A stretch of DNA of 64,000 bases from Nitrospirota bacterium (GTDB lineage: Bacteria; Nitrospirota; UBA9217). Position 1 is the stretch's first letter; every line of letters starts with the position of its first letter. The translations under genes were made by a program, and so were the position numbers. The notes beneath the pieces were generated by a model, which saw nothing but the letters and a program-made list of their open reading frames with translations, did not search any database and was not told the DNA's origin. The stretch lies in NCBI GenBank assembly GCA_963663225.1, contig OY760142.1, positions 192,001 through 256,000 of the forward strand, given 5' to 3'. Positions 57,586-64,000 of the stretch are shown piece after piece.

Positions 57586-59010
57586 TTATTCTTCGCTCGA
57601 AGTTTCCTGCTGCTGTTTAAGGCGCTTGCTCAGCGCTGGCTGCGATATGCCCAAAAATCGGCTTGCCACAGACTGATTCCCTCTCGCACGCTTCATGGCT
57701 TCCGCAATGAGAAGCCCCACGGTCTGCTGAATGGAAGGCAGAGTTTCCACACTTTCGAAGATATTCGCGGAATCAGCATGAAAACGCGAAGGGGTCCGGT
57801 CATGTGAAGCACTTATCTTTTTAAATTGTTTGGTTGAAACAGTGCCCGAGGCGGACTGAGCAACGGCGTCGAACACCATCGAACGCAGTTCCCGGATATT
57901 GCCCGGGAAATTATACTGTTCAAGAAGCGGGACCAGATCAAAGGCATAATTCAGCTTGTCCTTTCCGAGAGAACGGGCCGCTTCCTCCAGAAAATAATCG
58001 AGCAGCAGCGGGATGTCTTCCTTTCGATCGCGAAGCGGAGGCAGGTGTATATGGTGCGTGTGCAAACGGAAAAAAAGGTCCTTTCGCAATTCTCCCCGCG
58101 CCTGTTTTTCAGTAAGGTTCTGGTTCGTGGAAGCGATAACGCGCGCATTCAACCGTTTCGGCCTGTCGCTGCCTAAGGGAAAGTAATCTCCCTCCTGAAG
58201 AAGACGCAGAAGCTTCACCTGCGATGCATTGTTCAGGTCGCCTATTTCGTCCAAAAAAAGAGTCCCCAGGGCCGCCTGTTCCACCATGCCGCTTCTCGGC
58301 TGGTCCGCGCCGGTAAAGGCGCCTTTTACGTGTCCAAACAAGGTATCGGTAAACATGGCATCATCAAGTCCTCCCACATTCACCGATACCAGCGAACCCT
58401 TGCAGCCGCTTAAGGTATGGACTGCATTGACGATGAGCCCTTTTCCCACGCCGCTTTCACCCGTAACCAGCAGCGGCTGGCTGCTTTTGGCTACCGCTTC
58501 CACGTATTGGAAAATCGTTTTCATCGTTTTATTCAGCGTAATGATGCCTTCAAACGCGTGGGGATCCCGGAGTGAATCCGACAGAAAACTCCTGGTCATC
58601 TCGCGGTTCTCCGAACGCATTTCTATGATTTTTATCGCATGCTGGATTGCGGTAATAATCCGGCATTCTTCGGCAGTCTTGACCATATAATCGAAAGCGC
58701 CGTGTTTCATGCAGGTGACCGCGGTCTCGAGCTGGCTTATGCCGCTGCAGACAATCACTATTATCTCGGGGAACTGTTCGTTTATCAGTTTCAGAAGTTC
58801 TTCTCCCGAGAGGTTGGGCATCGTGAGATCCAGCAGCACAATGCCGATCTCCTGCTGGGCCAGTATCTCTAAAACATCACGGCTGTCCTGGCAGGACATC
58901 ACATTGGTGATGCCTGCATGCCTCTCAAGGGACATGCGCATGGATCGGATCCATGCCTGCTCATCATCCACGATCAGGATGCGAAATGACGGATACCCTG
59001 CTGCACTCAT
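57586..59010 (-). CDS. Sigma-54-dependent response regulator (NtrC/AtoC family)
   Basis: REC domain (IVDDE, LLDLTMP), GESGVGKG, GAFTGA, LFLDEIG, FPGNIREL, C-terminal Fis-type HTH. Confidence 0.93.
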   Translation of the reverse strand: MSAAGYPSFRILIVDDEQAWIRSMRMSLERHAGITNVMSCQDSRDVLEILAQQEIGIVLLDLTMPNLSGEELLKLINEQFPEIIVIVCSGISQLETAVTCMKHGAFDYMVKTAEECRIITAIQHAIKIIEMRSENREMTRSFLSDSLRDPHAFEGIITLNKTMKTIFQYVEAVAKSSQPLLVTGESGVGKGLIVNAVHTLSGCKGSLVSVNVGGLDDAMFTDTLFGHVKGAFTGADQPRSGMVEQAALGTLFLDEIGDLNNASQVKLLRLLQEGDYFPLGSDRPKRLNARVIASTNQNLTEKQARGELRKDLFFRLHTHHIHLPPLRDRKEDIPLLLDYFLEEAARSLGKDKLNYAFDLVPLLEQYNFPGNIRELRSMVFDAVAQSASGTVSTKQFKKISASHDRTPSRFHADSANIFESVETLPSIQQTVGLLIAEAMKRARGNQSVASRFLGISQPALSKRLKQQQETSSEE

Positions 59011-60818
59011 GCCTGAACCTCCCATTCTGCCACAGGCAGTTTGATAATTACGGTTGCTCCCTCGCCGGGCTTGGAATTAAAACTGAGCGTTCCCCCATGC
59101 TCCTTCACAATTCCCGCGGAGATCGCAAGCCCGAGACCCGTTCCGCCGCTGTCCCTCTTGGTGGTAAAAAAGGGATCGGTCACGCGGTTCAGATGTTCCG
59201 GCGGAATGCCGATTCCATCGTCGTGCACCCTGATGATAATCGTCCCGACTTCACGCTCATATGAGGTCATGACAAATATCCCTTTGTCGACAAACGGCAA
59301 GCCGGGAAACGAGCTCATAATATCTACCGAAGGCTGTGGCGTGCGCTCCGGCTTCTGCCGGTTGGCGCTCTCAACGGCCTGCGCCGCATTCAACACAAGG
59401 TTTACAATCACCTGTTCGAGCCGGTGCGGATTGCCCTTGATCAAAGGAAGCGGTTCCGTGCAATAAACAGCGCAGTGGATGGCCGAGCTTTTCAACGAGT
59501 GTTCCAGCAGCCGGACGGAAGTCCGCACCACATTGTTCACGTCGAACAGCTCCTTGGAATTGGAATCGTTTTTCCGCGAAAAGTGCTTGAGATCGTCGAC
59601 AATGCGCTTGATGCGCTTTACCGCAACCTGCATCTCGTCAAGAAGCTGGGGAAGTTCCTTGCGCATCCGTGAATACGGCAGACCACCCATTAAAAATTCC
59701 CCGTGTTCACGGTAATAAGCATCAAGAATCGGGTCGGCATCTTTGATGACCTCGCTGACCAGCGGCAAATTAAAAAGAAGCAGACCGTTCGGATTGTTGA
59801 TTTCATGGGCCACGCTCGAGACAAGAACACCCAGGGCAGCCATCTTATCGGCCTGGATCAACCGCTGGTGCTGAAGCCTCAGCTCTTCATCCATGCGTTT
59901 GCGTTCTTCCACCTCGCGGTTCAGGGCAGCGGTCCTGGCGGCAACCCGCATCTTCAGCAGTCTGGACCAAATAATGGACGCAAGAAGGCCGAAAATAAGC
60001 GCGGAAACAATGTACATGTTGTATTTTTTCAGCCATTTCCAGGAAGCATACTCTGTATCCACATTTCCCAGCCATTTTTCCTGCAGTTCCTGATACCGGC
60101 CCGTCTCTTTGAGAAATGCCAGCCCTTCATTGAATTTTTCCAATGTAGCCAGGTTCCCTTTTCTGAAGGCAAAGCAGTACTTGCTGGTATCGATATTCTT
60201 GGCAACCAGTTCTACGTTTGTGATCTTTAAATCGGTAATCAGATATGTTGCCTGAAGCGTTTCCAGCACGGCATAGTCATGTTTAGCCGAGGCAAGCATC
60301 TTCACTGCCTCCGCAATGGACGAAACAGTGACTATCTGAATTTGGCTCCATGCCGCCCGGGAGTAATCGTGTTTTCCATCCAGGCTCACAAGAACGACTT
60401 TCTTTCCGCGGAGATCATCAAGGGATGAAACCGGAGATGCGTCTGTTCTGGCGAAGATGGAATGAGAAATTGCGGAATGCGGCGAAGAAAGGTCCAGGAT
60501 ATGCGCCCGTTCTTCCGAAAAGGGAAGGCCTTCGATAACATCAATACGGCCGGTTTCCACATCCCTGAATATCGTGGACCATGATTTTTCCAGCTTAAAC
60601 GTGACTTCAACGTCCATGGTCTCGGCTATGGCTTTTGTCAACTCCACAATGAAACCGGCGGGCTTGCCATCTCTGTCAATGAACTCATACGGTGGATGGG
60701 CGCTGTTGCCGCCTACAACGATCATGTGTTTGGAGTTATCGGTGTTCTCCGCGGCCAGAGTCTGAGCATGGAGAGCTGGTAATAACAGCAGCAGACAGAT
60801 GAAGGCTCTCACCATCAT
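59007..60818 (-). CDS. Sensor histidine kinase with a periplasmic amino-acid-type substrate-binding (SBP_bac_3) domain
   Basis: Signal peptide, HPPYEF, TM, VAHEINNP (H-box), NLVLNAAQA, DDGIGI, PFFTTK, GTGLGL. Confidence 0.92.
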   Translation of the reverse strand: MMVRAFICLLLLLPALHAQTLAAENTDNSKHMIVVGGNSAHPPYEFIDRDGKPAGFIVELTKAIAETMDVEVTFKLEKSWSTIFRDVETGRIDVIEGLPFSEERAHILDLSSPHSAISHSIFARTDASPVSSLDDLRGKKVVLVSLDGKHDYSRAAWSQIQIVTVSSIAEAVKMLASAKHDYAVLETLQATYLITDLKITNVELVAKNIDTSKYCFAFRKGNLATLEKFNEGLAFLKETGRYQELQEKWLGNVDTEYASWKWLKKYNMYIVSALIFGLLASIIWSRLLKMRVAARTAALNREVEERKRMDEELRLQHQRLIQADKMAALGVLVSSVAHEINNPNGLLLFNLPLVSEVIKDADPILDAYYREHGEFLMGGLPYSRMRKELPQLLDEMQVAVKRIKRIVDDLKHFSRKNDSNSKELFDVNNVVRTSVRLLEHSLKSSAIHCAVYCTEPLPLIKGNPHRLEQVIVNLVLNAAQAVESANRQKPERTPQPSVDIMSSFPGLPFVDKGIFVMTSYEREVGTIIIRVHDDGIGIPPEHLNRVTDPFFTTKRDSGGTGLGLAISAGIVKEHGGTLSFNSKPGEGATVIIKLPVAEWEVQA

Positions 60819-61241
60819 AGTGATTTAGCTTGCCTCTGGGATTGGTGGGGTTTTACGAATAACATAATTTGTGTAACTTACTGCATTATAAGGAGAAAGT
60901 CAAGCAACATATGAGTTTTTGCCTGTTAAGAACAAAAAAACCGCTGCCTTCATCTTTGTATTGACAAACCCGGCCCGTTGAGAGCAAATTCTTCATACGA
61001 TTTGACATAATACAGGTGTGCAATTGTAAAAAAAGGGCTGCCGTAACCAGCAGGGTAACCATCCCTAAAGGGCTCCACGCTCGCCTCATCAAAGACGCCA
61101 CACAACTGCGTTTCTCCTAAAAAAGCTATTCCATACATTGCATATTAGCCGTAGCATGACGACTATTCCGAATTTTGAATATTAGTCATTTAAATATGCT
61201 TTTAAATTCAGTCGGATACAGCAAATTCTTTCTTAAATTCA

Positions 61242-61271
61242 TTGGCCATCATTTCAATTATATGCTATATT
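61242..61271 (+). promoter_or_regulatory. Candidate sigma-70 promoter for the cassette array (Pc-like position)
   Basis: TTGGCC-N18-TATATT with extended -10 TG, just upstream of the first GTTAG core site. Confidence 0.4.
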
Positions 61272-61279
61272 TCCCGAAG

Positions 61280-61298
61280 AACTAATATCTGGTTAGTC
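61280..61298 (+). other. Possible attI-like simple site at the start of the cassette array
   Basis: AACTAAT-N5-GTTAGTC inverted boxes; GTT core 15 nt before the first cassette ATG. Confidence 0.35.
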
Positions 61299-61306
61299 TA
61301 ACTGAA

Positions 61307-61984
61307 ATGGCGAAAAACGATTTATACATATCCCCTTTTGAAGGCAAAACACCCGAAGAACGTTTTGTAGCCTATATTGATATTCTTGGCTTTGGTAAAG
61401 AAGTAAACGATAACTTAGAAGCTGCCATAGACGTTTATGAAGATTTGATTGGTCATTGTCATTTATTAGGTCGCCTAGTAAATCTGTCAATCTATTCCGA
61501 TTCAATTATTCTGCAATCTGCAAAATTGATTGACGTCGCATATGTAGCGACAATGGTTCAATTTATTGCTCTTACACGAAATTATCTGGTACGAGGAGGC
61601 ATCGCGGTCGGGAAGCATCTTGAATCGAGGCAAAATGGAAATTTATTCGTGGTCAGCAAAGCATTAGTAAAAGCTGTAAAACAGGAGAAGCTAAATCAAA
61701 CCCAAGAGACACCGTGTATTACCCTTCATCATGAAATAAATCCAGTTCCGTCGGTCGTATTAAATGATCCTGCACGCATTGTTGTTGAATACAAGGGACA
61801 AAACATTGTTAATCCTTTCAATCCCCACATGGAATCAAGCCAAAGAGATGGAATACATTCTCAACTAATTGAACTACGTGACAGATGTCCCGAGAAGGAC
61901 CAACCGAAATACACTTGGTATATAGAATTGATGGATTTCATTCTAAGAACATATGGGGAAAGTGGACGACAGCGGCCAAATTAG
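61307..61984 (+). CDS. Cassette gene: class III nucleotidyl cyclase-like domain protein
   Basis: FVAYIDILGF and YSDSII (two metal-binding Asp), LVRGGIAVG. Confidence 0.6.
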   Translation: MAKNDLYISPFEGKTPEERFVAYIDILGFGKEVNDNLEAAIDVYEDLIGHCHLLGRLVNLSIYSDSIILQSAKLIDVAYVATMVQFIALTRNYLVRGGIAVGKHLESRQNGNLFVVSKALVKAVKQEKLNQTQETPCITLHHEINPVPSVVLNDPARIVVEYKGQNIVNPFNPHMESSQRDGIHSQLIELRDRCPEKDQPKYTWYIELMDFILRTYGESGRQRPN

Positions 61985-61987
61985 ATA

Positions 61988-62046
61988 TACCAACAACACC
62001 GGCGAGAGGGACAGAGAATCACGCCCTCCTCATGGCGGCGTTAGCG
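61988..62046 (+). mobile_element. attC site 1 (degenerate)
   Basis: R'' TACCAAC, GAGAGGG/CCCTCCTC arms, R' GTTAGCG; 59 bp, starting 4 nt after the stop codon. Confidence 0.6.
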
Positions 62047-62068
62047 GAATATTCTGGTAATCAATCGC

Positions 62069-62887
62069 ATGACTATACCATACATAAAACAATATGAAAC
62101 CCAATTACATTCGCGACATTATATTCGAAATGCGACTGCTGCAAATTATTGGTATGATTTTTCTGCAAATCGTGTATCCACTTATGTTAATAATTACCAT
62201 GACGATTTCTGCATGGTTATCAATGGCTCAGAAACTGAGAACGACGCCTATGTCTTGCCATATAAAGTCTTTAAAGGTTTTTTTACTGAAGATTACCTTG
62301 ATCACCGAAACCGTTGGAATGGTACCATCAAAGACAATATCATCAAACTCACATTGACAGCGAATAACAAGCCAAACAAATATCTATCCGTTGGTGCTTT
62401 TTATAATGCCTTTTCATTTCTCGTCTCAAACCTGCCCGATGAGAATGAAATTCATGTAGTAACGACAGATAGCTTAGAAATCAATCTTTCAAATCTGCAG
62501 AAACTGATTCAGGAGTTTAACGAGCATTACTCAAGTATTGCTCCGGAAAAGCGGATTACCGTATCGGAACGAATCGCGAGACCCAATGCAATCACAGATT
62601 ATATTAAGAAAATTCAAAAATTTACTTGCCAGATATGCAAGCTTCCCGGCTTTCAACAAAAAAACGGTTCCAAATATATCGAAGCCCATCACATCATAGA
62701 ACTGCATGACTTAATTCCAGGATCATACTGCTCTGACAACATCATTACAGCCTGCCCAACTTGTCATAGGAAGCTACATTACGCATCTGTATTGTACCAG
62801 ACTCAAAACGAGCAAATAGTATCTGTCATTATTAATGGCCAAGCTTATTCTTTTCAAAGAAATGTTATTTCTGAAAAAGTAAAGTAG
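62069..62887 (+). CDS. Cassette gene: HNH endonuclease (McrA-like C-terminal HNH) with an uncharacterised N-terminal domain
   Basis: CQIC...YIEAHHII...NIITACPTCHRKLH. Confidence 0.85.
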   Translation: MTIPYIKQYETQLHSRHYIRNATAANYWYDFSANRVSTYVNNYHDDFCMVINGSETENDAYVLPYKVFKGFFTEDYLDHRNRWNGTIKDNIIKLTLTANNKPNKYLSVGAFYNAFSFLVSNLPDENEIHVVTTDSLEINLSNLQKLIQEFNEHYSSIAPEKRITVSERIARPNAITDYIKKIQKFTCQICKLPGFQQKNGSKYIEAHHIIELHDLIPGSYCSDNIITACPTCHRKLHYASVLYQTQNEQIVSVIINGQAYSFQRNVISEKVK

Positions 62888-62888
62888 G

Positions 62889-62948
62889 GCCTAACGTGTC
62901 GTTCGAGTCCCGCGCTCAAGCAGCGCGGGGCTCAACTCGTCGTTCTCC
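62889..62948 (+). mobile_element. attC site 2
   Basis: R'' GCCTAAC, L'' GTT[C]GAG with extrahelical C, CCCGCGCT/AGCGCGGG stem, L' GCTCAAC, R' GTTCTCC. Confidence 0.88.
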
Positions 62949-63070
62949 CCTCGCTTCGCAAACGAGGGGAGAATCCCGGGGCTGAGCCTAAGCCCCATCC
63001 CCTTGCAAAAACGCTCGGGGAGAACCAGGGGCTCGAAACCTACCGCTAACGCGGAGGCTCAGCCCCGGGA
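62943..63070 (+). mobile_element. Gene-less, highly self-complementary 128-bp cassette
   Basis: Bounded by attC2 and attC3; its R'' GGAGAAC is the exact complement of its 5' GTTCTCC; no ORF called; multiple hairpins. Confidence 0.72.
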
Positions 63071-63076
63071 TTAGTC
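63019..63076 (+). mobile_element. attC site 3 (R' core reads ATT instead of GTT)
   Basis: R'' GGAGAAC, L'' GCT[C]GA, CCGC-TAAC-GCGG central hairpin, L' GCTCAGC, 6-nt spacer, ATTAGTC. Confidence 0.72.
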
Positions 63077-63117
63077 CATGACAGAAGCTATTCACACCCG
63101 TAAGGAGACTTTTCACA

Positions 63118-63864
63118 GTGGACATCCCACGGATATTCAACATTACTGAAAGTGCTCACCGCATCCACAACCCGTTCACAGCCGAAAAGCTCGCCACTCT
63201 CGGCGCGGCGCTGCGTCTGGAATCGGGAGCCCGAGTGCTCGACCTCGGCAGCGGTTCTGGAGAGATGCTGTGTACCTGGGCACGCGATCACGGCGTCATC
63301 GGCACCGGCATCGACATGAGCAAGTTATTCACCGAGCAAGCGAAACTCCGTGCTGAAGAACTCGGCGTCGCCCATCAAGTCAAGTTCATCCATGGCGATG
63401 CTGCCGGCTATGTCTCTGACGAGAAGGTCGATGTGGCAGCCTGTCTCGGTGCCACTTGGATCGCCGGGGGATTCACGGGCACTATCGAACTTCTGGCGCG
63501 GAGCCTGCGCACCGGAGGGATCATCCTCATCGGCGAGCCCTACTGGCGGCAGTTACCGCCGACGGAAGATGTTGCCAAGGGGTGTCTTGCCAACTCAATC
63601 TCCGACTTTCTCATGCTTCCAGAACTTCTCGCGTCTTTCGGCCACCTTGGCTACGATGTCGTTGAAATGGTTCTGGCTGACCAAGACGGCTGGGACAGAT
63701 ACGAGGCGGCCAAATGGCTCACCATGCGCCGATGGCTTGAAGCCAATCCCGACGACGAGTTAGCGAAAGATGTTCGAGCCAAACTGACCTCGGAACCCGA
63801 GCGCTACGCCGCTTACACGCGTGAATACCTGGGCTGGGGTGTGTTCGCGCTGATGCCGCGGTGA
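63118..63864 (+). CDS. yjhP: Cassette gene: class I SAM-dependent methyltransferase, YjhP-like
   Basis: MDIPRIF...HRIHNPFT, VLDLGSGSGEMLCTWARDHG, GWDRYEAAKWLTMRRWL; GTG start after AAGGAG; higher GC than its neighbours. Confidence 0.85.
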   Translation: MDIPRIFNITESAHRIHNPFTAEKLATLGAALRLESGARVLDLGSGSGEMLCTWARDHGVIGTGIDMSKLFTEQAKLRAEELGVAHQVKFIHGDAAGYVSDEKVDVAACLGATWIAGGFTGTIELLARSLRTGGIILIGEPYWRQLPPTEDVAKGCLANSISDFLMLPELLASFGHLGYDVVEMVLADQDGWDRYEAAKWLTMRRWLEANPDDELAKDVRAKLTSEPERYAAYTREYLGWGVFALMPR

Positions 63865-63910
63865 TGCGGGGATTACCGGGCGACTCAAAAAGTGGAGAAA
63901 ATCCAATCAT

Positions 63911-63970
63911 GCCTACCAAGTCATTTAAGCCTATACCGCTGCGCGGAGAGGTTTAATTCAGGCATTAAAT
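63911..63970 (+). mobile_element. attC site 4 (eroded: AAC>ACC, GTT>ATT)
   Basis: GCCTACC-AAGTC-ATTTAAGC...CCGCTGCGCGG...GTTTAAT-TCAGGC-ATTAAAT follows the classic 60-bp attC layout. Confidence 0.75.
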
Positions 63971-63989
63971 ATCGAGGTGTATTGAAATT

Positions 63990-64000
63990 ATGGCTCATAT
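63990..64000 (+). CDS. Probable start of the next cassette gene (truncated by the window edge)
   Basis: GAGGTG RBS at 63974 and ATG at 63990, right after attC4. Confidence 0.35.

Larger units (their letters stand above)
61292..64000 (+). mobile_element. Integron gene-cassette array without an integrase in the window (CALIN-like)
   Basis: Four 58-60 bp attC-like palindromes: three closely follow co-oriented genes and one closes an ORF-less unit; abrupt composition shifts between cassettes. Confidence 0.8.

Noticed and set aside
61307-62887. Cyclase + HNH as a fixed two-gene Pycsar/CBASS-like operon
   Set aside because: An attC-like site separates them, so adjacency may just reflect cassette order; kept only as separate candidates
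62943-63076. CRISPR array or IS terminal inverted repeats
   Set aside because: No regularly spaced direct repeats, cas genes or transposase; the layout is better explained by attC sites

Overview
Bacterial genomic window of moderate GC. The gene content suggests an anaerobic Desulfobacterota/Nitrospirota-like Gram-negative organism (inference only). It has four blocks. (1) 1-1844: the 3' part of a secreted beta-helix/repeat surface protein. (2) 1898-47112: a ~45 kb, 41-gene minus-strand Wzx/Wzy exopolysaccharide locus of the PEP-CTERM/exosortase-A-associated type, preceded by a sigma-54 promoter and encoding its own NusG-paralog antiterminator. It is unusually rich in tailoring genes: two acyl-carrier proteins, three adenylating enzymes, a BtrK-like PLP decarboxylase, a protein resembling eukaryotic N-myristoyltransferase, a PrmC/HemK-like methyltransferase, two amidotransferases, a formyltransferase, three GNATs, three hexapeptide acyltransferases and three deacetylases. 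(3) 47611-60818: glmS, a three-gene Stn/NfnABC-type electron-bifurcating transhydrogenase, a malic enzyme with a sigma-54 promoter, and an adjacent NtrC-type two-component system. (4) 61240-64000: an integron-type cassette array with four attC-like sites and no integrase in the window. Its cassettes carry a nucleotidyl-cyclase-like gene, an HNH nuclease, a 128-bp gene-less element that forms a perfect 27-bp stem only across its circular junction, and a YjhP-like methyltransferase. All calls come from motif reading by eye; no database searches were run.
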